NCBI GenBank assembly: GCA_002269645.1
Contig: NIVC01003267.1
Location: 1-64,000, forward strand
DNA length: 64,000 nucleotides
Reading direction: 5' to 3'
Origin: Macrostomum lignano
Taxonomy: Eukaryota
Below are positions 32,032 to 44,141 of this stretch, piece after piece. The notes under the pieces are model-generated. The model was not told where the DNA came from and made no database searches. It worked only from the letters and a program-made list of their open reading frames with translations. Position 1 is the stretch's first letter. Every line of letters begins with the position of its first letter. The translations under genes and the position numbers were made by a program.

Positions 32032-33130
32032 GGCAATCTTCAAGAATTGTTTGCCGAACTCAAATTTGTATGAAATTTATACCAAAATCTAGCAAGAGAT
32101 GGAAACAAGGTTGATGGCCTAGGACTAAACTAAACCAAAGCTATTTAGTTAAGACAAAAGGCAAGGAAATCTAAAAATCAATGTCTATAGTAAACTAATG
32201 AAAAGGACATAGAGAAGCTTCAAATTCTTGCTATTGACTTTTTACTAGATTTTTTATCATGGCTAGGCCTAGCAAAGACATCTTGCAGCACCAAGTTTTA
32301 TTGTCTAACCAAATTTGGTTTGGAATACTCCTAACCTAACCAACTAGAACTACTTTCTTTGAGCTTAGTGGTAAGCTATAAGACATGGTCAATGATCAGT
32401 TGTCTAGCAATGTATTGTTTAATTTGGAACTAGCACTACTGCAGTGTTTATCAAGCTGGCAATAGCAACATGCACCTTTAACATTGAGTAGATAATTGGT
32501 ACATTGATGGCTTTGTCTGGGTTTATAAAGATTGTTGGTTGTTGGCTTCAATCTACAAGGACTTGTTCTTTAAAGCCTTGAAGCTCAACCTGGCAGAACT
32601 AGTCTAGCTCATTTACTGGTAGTTGATTGAGATAAAGCAAAGAGAAGCTACTCACTAGGTACTAGGAACCACGAACACTTTGATTGGCATAATTCCATCA
32701 GAGACATCTGTGCCCAAGTACTCCAATCAAACTAAGAGGCCCTAGGCAAGAGGTCAAATTAGATAAGTCCTATTTTATATACACCAAAAATTTCATCAAG
32801 ATGCACATCAGCCTGGCCAAATGGGTGCTAAGAATAGTAAGAGTATGGCACTTGAAAATGCATGATGGTGCCAGTTAAGGATCAAACTGTGGCAACCTTG
32901 TTGCCAATTATCACTTGGCATATTCTTCTGGGCACTCTGTAAACCCGCAAGATATGACAATTCATGCAAAACTTATTGAAAGCACATGGGCTCATGCCAA
33001 AGCTCACTTCTACACCATGCATGGTATAAGTATTGACCTCTGAATTGCATCTCAAAGAATTCCTTTAGCACAAGATATACCCACAAAATGCATTTGACAA
33101 CATCATGTATTAGATTGGGCATCTTTTATT
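32032..33130 (+). pseudogene. Decayed Merlin transposase
   Basis: Second GGCAATCTTCAAG end at 32032; fragments GPRQEVKLDKSYF, MVPVKDQTVATLLPII and LIESTWAHAKAHF..HLKEFL, with stops and frameshifts. Confidence 0.75.
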
Positions 33131-33773
33131 TAAATGGATCATGCATCTATAGTTATAACTTATTATATAAAAGCTATAAAATATTCTTTCATTTTTTCTG
33201 TAGGACTAATATAGTATTAAATTTAATATTGCTTTTTAAAGCCAACTACCCAATATTTAAATTTTTATGTATACATCTAGGTTAAGTAATGTAGTCAGAA
33301 TTATCTAAATCAATTATAGCATTATGATTTTATATAAAGTATCCTTGTACTATATATATATTCTAGCTGTTTTAAAATCATATTGGATATAAATTTGTTT
33401 ATTATTCATTCTATTAAATATAAATAATCATACAGTAATATTTTTGTTAGTGCATAAATAAGAAAAAAATAAACCTATAGTCTAGATAATGCACTAGCTA
33501 TTTGTCTAACCATGGGGCAATGTTATATAATGCTTACCATTTAAATATTTTCCTTCTAACTCTAGACAGTCAATGATCTTTTTTGCAAGTTATGCCTCCC
33601 GAAAAACTTTACCTCTAAATTAAATTTCTTAGTCTTTTCTTTATTCTCTTTTTATCATTTGCTTGCTTGCATGCAAGCTGGGCCCTCCTTGTGTACTCTT
33701 TGTCCTATGCCTGTCTCCAATTCTAGACTGTATTAGACTGGATGCTATCTGCAAATGTGGACTTATTTCTATG

Positions 33774-34128
33774 GATCCTCAGGCTGGGCCATCACCTTCC
33801 CTGATCCTCAGGCTGGGCCATCACCTTCCCTGATCCTCAAGCTGGGCCATCACATTCCCTGATCCTCAGGCTGGGCCATCACCTTCCCTGATCTTCAGGC
33901 TGGGCCATCACCTTCCCTGATCCTCAGGCTGGGCCATCACCTTCCCTGATCCTCAGGCTGGGCCATTACCTTCCCTGATCCTCAGGCTGGGCCATCACCT
34001 TCCCTGATCCTCAGGCTGGGCCATCACCTTCCCTGATCCTCAGGCTGGGCCATTACCTTCCCTGATCCTCAGGCTGGGCCATCACCTTCCCTGATCCTCA
34101 GGCTGGGCCATTACCTTCCCTGATCCCT
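33774..34128 (+). repeat. 29-bp minisatellite, about 12 copies
   Basis: Unit GATCCTCAGGCTGGGCCAT(C/T)ACCTTCCCT. Confidence 0.96.
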
Positions 34129-34278
34129 GATTTATGTCCTCGGAATCCCAGCTGCTGTGCGCTACCAAAGTTTCAGGTCCTCAGATCCTCAGGCTGTGCC
34201 GCCACAGGGGTTAGATAATCATACTGCAGCAAGCGCATAAAACTTCACTCTCCAGTCCAACCCGGCGCCAAGGAGACC

Positions 34279-35790
34279 ATGCCAAGCCTGCTATCAGACG
34301 CCGATGACAGGCGCCGCCGCTGCTGGGTCTGCTACTCCTACGATGGCGACGAGCCCATGGCCGAGTGGGTGCGGCCCTGTCGCTGCCGAGGCGACACCAA
34401 GTGGGTGCACCAGCACTGCGTGCAGCGCTGGGTAGACGAGAAGCAGCGGGGCAACACGGCGCTCACCGTGTCCTGCAACGCCTGCAACGCCGAGTATTTG
34501 ATCTTCTATCCGCCGAAGGACACTCTGCTCTATCTGATGGAGCGCGTGGACCAGATGGTGATGCACATCTGCCCGTTCTTTGCTGGCATTGTGCTGGTTG
34601 GCTCCGTCTACTGGACTGCCGTCACCTACGGCGCCGTGTCTGTCATGCAGGTACATGATATGAGATTTGTGTCTGTGGGATTTGTGTCTGTGGGATTTGT
34701 GTCCGTGTGGGATTTGTGTCCGTGTGGGATTTGTGTCTGTGTGGGATTTGTCTGTGGGATTTGTGTCCGTGTGGGATTTGTGTCTGGGATTTGTGTCCGT
34801 GTGGGATTTGTGTCTGTGGGATTTGTGTCCGTGTGGGATTTGTGTCCGTGTGGGATTTGTGTCTGTGGGATTTGTGTCTGTAGGACTTGTGTCTGTGGTT
34901 TGTGTCTGTGGGTTTGTGTCCGTGTGGGATTTGTGTCCGGCGAAGATTTGTGTCCGGCTAAGATTTGTGTCCGTCCGTGTGGTGCCCGGCTGAGATTTGT
35001 GTCAGCGTGGGATTTGTGTCCGGTTGAGATTTGTGTCCGTGTGAGGTTTGTGTCCGCGTGGGATTTGTGTCCGCGTGGGATTTGTGTCCGCGTGGGATTT
35101 GTGTCCGCGTGGGATTTGTGTCCGCTTGGGATTTGTGTCCGCGTGGGATCACTGATGTGTCACTGACAGTCCTGTCCATGTGATGACTGTCAGTGATATC
35201 AAAGTTATTTCACAGGATAACCAGCCAGGCAATTGTGAAGCACTATCTCCAGATAGCGTCAATGCCGCCTTCCCTGTCCGCAGGTCCTCGGCCACAGCGA
35301 CGGGCTGCGCTTCATGGAGCGCATGGACCCGATGATGCTGCTGGTGGGCCTGCCCTGCATCCCGCTGGTGCTGGTGGCCGCCAAGATGGTCCGCTGGGAG
35401 GAGGCCCTGGTCCGCTTGGTGCGCACCTACGGCCCCAAGCTGTTCCGCCTCCGGTCCCGCCCGGCTCCGCGACAGTCCCTGCAGCAGCAGCAGCAGCAGC
35501 CGGTGCAGCCGCCGCCGCAGCCTCCACCCGTGGAATTCGGGCTGGCCGCCCACCCGGTCTCGGTGTCGCGCGTCCTCTGCGGCGCCCTGGCGCTGCCCAC
35601 AGTCAGCACCGTGGTTGGCAAGCTGCTGTTCCGCCGGGTCTCCTCCAGTCTGCAGCGGACGCTGCTCGGCTGCTTCGCCTTCGTTGTGCTGAAGGGCCTC
35701 ACCAAGCTGATCTACCATCAGAAGAAGTGGCTGTTCGTCACGGACCGGCGGGTGCTGAACCACCCTGACGGCACCGATGAGGACACCTGA
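34279..35790 (+). CDS. MARCHF5: Mitochondrial RING-CH E3 ligase MARCH5/MITOL, two exons (34279-34650 and 35284-35790)
   Basis: RING-CH CWVC..WVRPCRCRGDTKWVHQHCVQRWVDEKQ; GT-AG intron at 34651-35283; exon 2 VLGHSDGLRFMERMDP..SRVLCGALALPT..QRTLLG. Confidence 0.93.
34661..35148 (+). repeat. Intronic short-unit GT-rich repeat
   Basis: GTGGGATTTGTGTC(C/T) variants. Confidence 0.9.
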
Positions 35791-36569
35791 GTCCCTGGCT
35801 GACTGGCCCGGCTGCTCTGAGCTCAAAACTGTTTATGATTATTTCACTCTGGCTTTGGCTCGGTGTGCAGCGCTGAAGCCAATCATTTTGGTGACCTTTT
35901 TCCGCTACAGCCTACTGGCAGTAGAAGCGTTCGCTTGCGGTTGTTTATCAGTCCAGTTCATTTGAATGCGCGAGATACGCCACCTTAGCAGCTACCTTCA
36001 ACAAGAATTGACCACTTTGTGTTTAGTCCAGTCGCGCTGCTACAGTTGCTATGCGGCTTCTCTGGCGTATTTCGCAGAACATAATTTTAGGAGCAGGATA
36101 AAGATGATCCGTAACCATGGTGACAGGATTTCCGTGCTAAATAAACCCTATCCAGATTATTGCCTGTCTCTGGGATTCCAGTTCGACCGGCACTTTGCTC
36201 GCCTGTAATTTTTTCTTTTGTCTCATTTTTCTTTTGCTGCACTGATCTTCTTGTGAATGTTCAACTGTCAGTTTCGCGTGGCCCATGCTGTCCTATTAGA
36301 CTTTGAATCAGTTTTTTCTAAAAAAAAATTTATAAAGAACTTCCTTTAACTTTCTTGATTGCTGCCACCCAGACTAGCGAGCCCAGATCCCAGCCCCTGC
36401 TCAGTTTGTGCGGCTCCCAAGTTGATTGACTCTCGTATTTGTACAGAAGCATTACTGATGGTTTTACAGATAACCTGATGTCTGCTGCACAGAATTATAA
36501 AAAACGATTAATTAATGCAATGCTTTATTGAGTCTATTGTCTTCTGGGGTTATTCTATTATATAGGTAC

Positions 36570-37195
36570 GATTCTCAGGTTCCCAATTGCCAACCCCAGG
36601 TGAGATTCTCAGGTTCCCAATTGCCAACCCTAGGTGAGATTCTCAGGCTACCAACCCCAGGTGAGATTCTCAGGCTACCAATCCCAGGTGAGATTCTCAG
36701 GCTACCAATCCCAGGTGAGATTCACAGGCTAACAACTCCAGGTGAGATTCTCAGGCTACCAATCCCAGGTGAGATCCTCAGACTGGCATCCCCAGGTGAG
36801 ATTCTCAGGCTACCAATCCCAGGTGAGATTCTCAGGCTACCAATCCCAGGTGAGATTCACAGGCTGCCAACCCCATAAGAGAGTCTCAGGCTACCCAACC
36901 CAGGTGAGATTCTCAGTATACCAACCCAGGTGAGATTCTCAGGCTACCAACCCAGGTGAGATTCTCAGGCTATCAATCCCAGGTGAGATTCTCAGGCTAC
37001 CAACCCCAGGTGAGAGTTTCAGGCTACCAACCCAGGTGAGATTCTCAGGCTATCAATCCCAGGTGAGATTCTCAGTATACCAACACAGGTGAGATTCTCA
37101 GGCTACCAACCCAGGTGAGATTCTCAGGCTATCAATCCCAGGTGAGATTCTCAGGCTACCAACCCCAGGTGAGATTTTCAGGCTACCAAACCCAT
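36570..37195 (+). repeat. 27-28-bp minisatellite, about 22 copies, each containing CAG|GTGAGA
   Basis: Unit CCAGGTGAGATTCTCAGGCTACCAA(T/C)C. Confidence 0.94.
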
Positions 37196-37260
37196 GTGGG
37201 TTTCTCAACTGAGGCTTGCTACCCCAGTCAGCCTGGGTGATCTGGCATCGCATCCAGCAG

Positions 37261-37689
37261 AACCTCAAGGCCACGCGAACATTGCTGGATTCCGAGGGCC
37301 CCACTGTGACGCTGGGCGACCAGCTGAACATCAACAAATTTGCCAAGGCCAACGTCAAGTTCAAGGAAGAGTCCAAGGTGGTCGAGCTTGCCAAACAGGA
37401 GCTTCAAAACCTCGAGGATGCTGAGAATGACCTGATGCTGCTGGATGATGAAGATGGCCTGCATCCTTACCTGCTGGGCGAGGTCTTTGTTCACCTGCCG
37501 GCCGAGGAGGTCACCGAGCGGCTGGAGCGGAAGAAGCTCGACCTGCAGCAGAAGTGCCGCGAGCACGAGGAGCGGGCGGCCAGCCTGCGTGGCGAGATGG
37601 CCCACCTGAAGAAGGTCCTGTACGATAAGTTCGGCGACAGGATCAACCTGGACGAGAACCCGCCGGCTGGTGCGCAGCGCGCGGGCTGA
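37261..37689 (+). CDS. PFDN4: Prefoldin subunit 4 (no genomic in-frame ATG before the conserved domain; start uncertain)
   Basis: VTLGDQLNINKFA..NLEDAENDLMLLD..YLLGEVFVH..LKKVLYDKFGDRINLDE. Confidence 0.88.
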   Translation, partial: NLKATRTLLDSEGPTVTLGDQLNINKFAKANVKFKEESKVVELAKQELQNLEDAENDLMLLDDEDGLHPYLLGEVFVHLPAEEVTERLERKKLDLQQKCREHEERAASLRGEMAHLKKVLYDKFGDRINLDENPPAGAQRAG

Positions 37690-38459
37690 GGCCGCAGCTG
37701 CCCCGGACTTCCGCATTCAATTCTGCGCTTGTTTGCTTTTTATAATTTCCTTTTTTAACGCCAAGAGCTGGTGGTCTGAGATGCGGTTGGGAAAGTAATT
37801 GTTGGTCTTGGGCGGACCTCTGTGCGAATGCAAACTGTGCTAGAATTAATATTATATGACAATTATTATATATCTCAAAGCTCATCCTGCCTTGTTTTTG
37901 ACGTTTAATATTTGCTGTTAGACTCCTGCAGCAAAAAAAGCATCGGAATTCTTGCTTTCGATTATTTTTCAATGCTTAACAACGTGCATGATGTACGCGG
38001 ATGTGGCTTGCTGAACTCTAAGAGAGCCGCCTGGCACCTTGCTCATACCTGAATTCAAACTACGTATGCACTGTTCAAAGCAGTAGAGGTGAATGTGCTT
38101 GAGCAGTATAGAATTACTTACGTGGATGGAGAGACGGAGCTACTTTTCTGATAAGAATTCATACTTAGTAGGCACATCGTAGCTGTGTACATTTAGTGAA
38201 TGCAAAATAGTTGAATTGAAAAACAAAACAAGTGGGCCGGACACTTCGTTTATAATTGTACATGTACATTTAAACAATGAGTAAATTAATCATGTATCGT
38301 GGAAGCCATATCAATCTTTAAGAAATATTTAGCTGATCTTTAAATATTCCGTTACCTGTCTTATTGCTCATTTTTCTAATTTCCAATTCTTAGGAAAATA
38401 AAAAATCATAACTTATCCTACGCCAATAACTACTTAAATGACTTGATAGAGCCCCACAG

Positions 38460-39090
38460 CAATTTATTTCAGCAGTGTATTAGCTCTAAAAAACGCCCTG
38501 TTGTGGGGGCGGCAAGAGCGTGGCTGCTGGTCATTCAAAGTGGACTGGCCATCCTTGAACCGTTGGATCCATCATTAAATAGCTGTTTTCTTAATGCTGT
38601 TCTCACCGTGGATTGAGAAAAGATGATTGGCAATTTTGGATCCACTCCATCCTGCAGACCACAGGGGCGAAAAACTTGACTCCACTGACTCTCAAGGCTA
38701 TGGAGAGAACTCGTATTTAAACCTTTAGCGAAAAGCAAGCACTTGGCATGGAATAAGCAAGCGCTGGCACCACTAGATGATCTGATCAGTCATTTTACTG
38801 GTTTCATCCATAGACGTTTCCACATCTTTCTGACAAATTTAAAGTTGAATTTTGCAAAAAATTGATGATGGAAAAAGGACACCACAGACATTAGATCTAG
38901 ATGTTGTGTTGATTTTCCTTCACATTTCTTAGTGTAACTCAAAACCGAAACCATGCAGATAGAAAGGAAATTTAAATGACAAGTTTTTTGTTGAAAAATT
39001 ATCTCTAGTTTGACACATAAAACAAAAATTGGTCAAGGTACTGAGGAGCTAGAGCAAAGATTCCGGGAACTTTTGGGACACCCCTCGTAT
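38460..39090 (+). pseudogene. Tc1/mariner transposon relic
   Basis: FQQ and DWPS..LNPLD-like fragments; right end CTTTTGGGACACCC..GTA resembles a Tc1/mariner TIR. Confidence 0.45.
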
Positions 39091-42000
39091 TAAAAGCACT
39101 TAGGCCTACTATAAATAGGCCTAAAAACGGTTTAAAATATGCAGCAAAAATATAATTTATCAAAATATCACTGAGCTATTGATCTTTCAATAAAAATATA
39201 TCGCTATTGTTGAAAATGAAAAGTTCTAGACCATATCGGATCAGACCGAATAAATTTTTATAACAACAGCCTGCAGCTTGGAGCTCGCGCGTCGTCGTAT
39301 CTATACATATATACATGTATGTACAGTTACATATGTTGTCGGTCCATTGAGTCGTCAACCAACCCTGCCCACGCCTTACGTAGAGCCATAAGCTTCAAAG
39401 AAAATTTTCCCCGTCGTACAAGTTTTTTGATACATGTGCATACATCATTTACATGTATTAAACATCTTTAGTTACAGCACTGACAGGCCAGTATTAATTT
39501 AAATGCCGTTGAACCAATTATAGTCATCTTCGAAGCGTTGAAAGAGCAATTAAATAATAAATAGATTCAACGATTTTAATAATCTATATAAGAAGATTAT
39601 TAAGAGCATGGGTCGACAAACTGTCAAATTATTCTAATAGTCAAGCGATAAAATCTTTCAGTTAAAACAGAACGGACTGGACTTGAACTCATAAATGCTA
39701 ACCAATAACTTAAACCATTAGTGGATTTTATTATTGCGTAAAATTCCTACGCAATGTAATTATACTTTAAGGCTGGTTTCCCATTACTGACTGACTTGAT
39801 TTGATGCACGGAATTCACAGGAACACTTTAAAGCATCCAATTGTAACTCACGGATGTCACGGAACGCTCAATGGCACAGTATATCTTTACCTTCCTTCTT
39901 AGAAAAGTATAAATGCCTAAGTAGCTGACTAAAGTTTATTAAAAAAATTAATTTTAAAAAAATTGTTAAGTATTAATATGATATTTGAAAATCTCTTACC
40001 GAAAAAATGTACATTTTTGTTTTAACTCTATTGTAGTCGTCTTTTTGTAGTGAGTTTTATGTTTCTTTATTCCGTTTTCATTGCCCTTGCGTTCCAAAAA
40101 TAAGTCTTGAAAACCTATCCGCTTGCATCGGAATTCGTTGCTTTTCCGCTTAGTCACGTGGTGAGGACATTTTCATCTTGTTCTCCAAAAGTAAGTATAA
40201 ATATCTGAAATTGGTTCCTTGTCTACATGAAAGACATGGGTAGTGAGATGCAGATTAAAGCGCAGCTCAATACCCCGTCTTTTGTGCTGACTTGGATTAT
40301 TCGGCTTTGCTGTCTATCCCGATTTGTGCTGCGCGTTGTACTTGTACCTAACTAAAATGGAATATTGGAGCTACACTTGTTTCTGCTGGCTGTGCGACAA
40401 AGTCGTATCATGTATCACAGCCCTGCTTGGAACAAATCATGCCTCCATATGCATCGTTTGCCCTGGTCCTATCCTTGCGTTTTTAACATAAGTAGATACT
40501 GATAGTGATAGTTAATTAGTGATACTATACATCCTAGACCTAGGTTTTAAGGTTTTTTACATTTACATTTTATATATTTTGAATTGTACGTATTGAACTT
40601 CAATAAATGCTTACTTATAATAGTAAAAACATGGTTCTGCTCTGCTCTACTTACAATATAAGTTTTTGTTTTTTATAGTTGTAAAATTAGGCGGTATATG
40701 TTCTGTAGATCTTAATGACAATCCATTTCATAGGACTTAAGGCTAAGCTTTCAAAGGTAAGTATAGAATGGAGATGGAAAATCTGGCATAGATCTAGGTT
40801 TTTTCATGAGCACCAAGATGCAATAATCGCATCCAAGGTCTAATTTGAGGATGGGATTTTGAAAGCATCCCTATCGCACAATAAATAAACCCAGCTTGGA
40901 ATATAGTTAAAGCCTTTGTCTTTGGCCTTGACTTGATCTAGGACTAGACTAGGCTTGACAGTGACCAAGGACTAGGCTACTATTGAGTGTTGTTGAAACC
41001 TTAATAAATTAAATAAATAGTTAATTAAATCTGTTGTTCTTAACCAGAGAATATGAAGGGCTAAGGCTAAGCCGCTAAGTGACTGAATAAAATTAGAAGC
41101 CAATTACTTGGTTGGTAGGCTAAATCGTACGTACGTTTCGTAGGCTAGGGAATTACCATTGTAGTCTCGTCAGCCAAACTGTTAAGACATTAAGCGTTAA
41201 GCCTACGGTTTGGTAATAAGCAGTCACCTTACTATAATAGTTCAAACGGAATGCATTCTTGTATGGAACTAGGCTACTAGGCTAGGCCTATATTTCTTCC
41301 ACTAGACTTGCCTGGAATCGGCAGCTTACCACATTCACAAAAGACCTTAGGCTTAAGTTCGATTTTTACTGAGGCACAAATTTACGATATAAGAATTCTC
41401 TGCATGTACCCTGTATTTAAAACGTACTTGCTATAGGTTAATTAGTCGAAGACTTTACGTCGTAACTTGGTGTGTTTCGACTCGATTGTACTTTGTACGG
41501 AACGGAAATGCGGACAAGTGGCTACTGAGCTGAGCTGAGCTGGAGCTGTCAACTAGCATTTATTAACGAAAAATCTAGTCTGAGCTTTGCATGAGAAAAT
41601 AAAAAAGCTGCCAGTCAAATTAGAAAAAATAATCCAAGGGTGGGAGTTGCAAATGCCCACATCTGGCCAAGCTTGCTGTACACTGGCTGTCTGCGACTGT
41701 ATGTACAGACTTCCTTTCAGTTAAGGATCCTGAAATAAGGATTTTGACATCAATTGGAATAAACCAGCTTGGCTTCAGTCTGATGCAACTGTACTGTAAG
41801 TAGTATAGTAAGCAAGCAAGCGCTGTGAGCAATCTTACGAATTTAATTCCGCTTGCTACCCTGTACTACAAATTTTGCGTGGATTTCGAAATACGCACCT
41901 GAGCGTCAACATAAAGTAAGTGAATGTAAGAAATTCGGTGATTCACTCCTGTTTCGAGGTGCTTAAGATGAAGCAAACTATTGATTTTATTTTCAGGACG

Positions 42001-42995
42001 CAGAAAGCTAAGCAGATGAAGCAGAGCTGTTGGATCCAACAACTCTGAAATCCTAGGATGCAAAGAGCTGAATGGGGGCAGTCAGTTGGGGTCTCAGAGA
42101 CAAAGATCCAGAGCGATTGCTGTGTAACACCTGCCCCCAACTGCTCTCTTTATTCTCTGAGTAAGCAGTCAGTTCAGTGAAGGGGCTTGACGGGCCAGAA
42201 GTGAGTCATCCGTTCTATATAAGCCGCAATGCGGTGTCTGACTCATGGACGACTATATTTAAGGCAAGCACCTAGGAGTCCATGTCTGACTTCAGGCACC
42301 CTTGTGTAGGACTCCGACAGCGACTGTATGGGGCTGTTTTGCTGGCCAGTTAAGTTTTCTGCTTGCATACAGAGGGAGGGTATCAAGTTTGATATTAAAT
42401 TCACTTGTTGAGTCGGCCTACAACTACAATTTGAAAGGTAGCCACTTGAGTTCGGGAGGAATTTCGTGAACGGAGGAGTGACTCGCCGGTAGGCTCCAGC
42501 CTCCATGCAGCATGGTGTGATTCAGATTCCTCTCAGAATGTTTCATGCAGCCACCGCCACAGCAGTTCCTTCCTTCAGCTGATTCAGTTAGAGACAATAA
42601 ATTTTCTTGAATTTCTGCGCTGCAGTTTTTGTTGTCGAGCAGCCATGCGGCTGCCCCCTGCAGCTCGGCAGTGATGCAAATTCACTTCAACTGCGCGCAG
42701 TTCCACCAGCTAAAAGTGCAAATCCAGCTGCACAGAAACACGCAGCAGGATTGGAATCTCGGCTCCCCATCTCGAAGGCTGCTGCCGTAAGCTCTCGGAG
42801 CTGCCAGCAAGGAAGTCGGCCGAATTCGGAACAAGCCATGGACGGAACCGCTTGCCTGGCATTTCCTCCCGCCAGGACTCGGCTGGTTGGCTGCAGTGCA
42901 AGGAGGCGGGTGGGCCGGGTTGATAAGCAGACAGCCGCGCTGCACTTATTCTTCTACCTTGAGGGATCTGATCGCACTTCCCGCCCCCAGCCAAG

Positions 42996-44141
42996 ATGAC
43001 GCAGCCGCCAGCGCACGTCATGAACACCTCTGGGGAGCCGGACGCGTGTCCCGCCTACCAGTACCGCGGCCGGGCCGCCACAGGCGCCACCTTCTTCGTC
43101 ATCTACGCCGTGATCTGCGCAGTGGCCCTGGCCGGCAACAGCTTCATCATCGGGCTGCTGGCCCGCCGGCCCAGCGCCATCCAGAGGCGCAGCTTTCGCT
43201 TCCTGACGCTGGCGCTCAGCTGGTGCGAACTGGCTGAGGCCGGCCTGCTGCTCGCGCTGCTGTTCCGCATCGGCGTCGGCTACCACAACCGGACCACCGG
43301 ACAGCGGCTCGTCAGCGTCCACTGGCATGCCGAGACGGAGAACGGCTTCGACCTACGGCGGGTGACCTTCCTGAGGCTGGTGCTCAGCCTCCGCGACTTC
43401 GCCATCGGGGCTGAGATCTACGTCTACGGCGTGCTGGCCCTCGACCGGCTGCTGGCCATCGCGGCCCCGGCCAGCGCGCGCTGGAGCCGCCGCAAAGTCC
43501 GTTTGATCTTCGCTGCCGGCCTGGTTGCCATGGCATCCGCCGAGCTGGCGCTGCAGGCCTGGCGCTGGATTGGCGTCATGCGCGCCGCCACGACCGCGGC
43601 AGCTTGCGATCTGATGGCCGAATACAGCCGGGTGAACACCGTCACCAAGGCGATCGTGTCCATCGCCAGCTACCTGCTGTCCCTGGGCGCCTACGCCGGC
43701 ACGGCGGCGCTGCTGCTGATGCGCGCCCGGTCCGCGCCACCCGGAGCTGGGCAGGGGCAGGGGAGGCAGCGCGGCTCGCTGGAGCAGACCCGATGGCCCC
43801 TGCTGGGCCTGGTGCTGGGCAACCTGGTGCAGTTCGTCAGCCTTATGCCCATGGTGCTGGACAACATGCTGGCCATGGGCATGGACTTCACACTGTACTA
43901 TTGCTTCTTCGTGAGCTCGGCCGCGGTGCCGTGCATCACCGTCGCCTTCAATGCCGGCCTGCGCCGGGTGCTGCGCAAAGCTGCGAACAGCCTCCGCCTA
44001 CACGTCTGGCACGCCCGACGGGTGTCGATCCGCGGCGCCGGCGAAGCGGCGGAGATCAGCGGCGGCGGCCAGCCGGAGCTGCCGGACCGGTCGGCGGTGA
44101 CGGAAATCCGCGGTCAGAACGAGCCCGGACTCGAATCTTGA
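42996..44141 (+). CDS. Divergent rhodopsin-like 7TM receptor, intronless
   Basis: ALAGN in TM1, LALDRLLAI (DRY-like) and seven hydrophobic segments; no canonical NPxxY. Confidence 0.75.
   Translation: MTQPPAHVMNTSGEPDACPAYQYRGRAATGATFFVIYAVICAVALAGNSFIIGLLARRPSAIQRRSFRFLTLALSWCELAEAGLLLALLFRIGVGYHNRTTGQRLVSVHWHAETENGFDLRRVTFLRLVLSLRDFAIGAEIYVYGVLALDRLLAIAAPASARWSRRKVRLIFAAGLVAMASAELALQAWRWIGVMRAATTAAACDLMAEYSRVNTVTKAIVSIASYLLSLGAYAGTAALLLMRARSAPPGAGQGQGRQRGSLEQTRWPLLGLVLGNLVQFVSLMPMVLDNMLAMGMDFTLYYCFFVSSAAVPCITVAFNAGLRRVLRKAANSLRLHVWHARRVSIRGAGEAAEISGGGQPELPDRSAVTEIRGQNEPGLES

Noticed and set aside
34651-35166. Cys/Val-rich extension of the MARCH5 ORF
   Set aside because: Read-through into a repeat-filled GT-AG intron; the conserved protein resumes at 35284.
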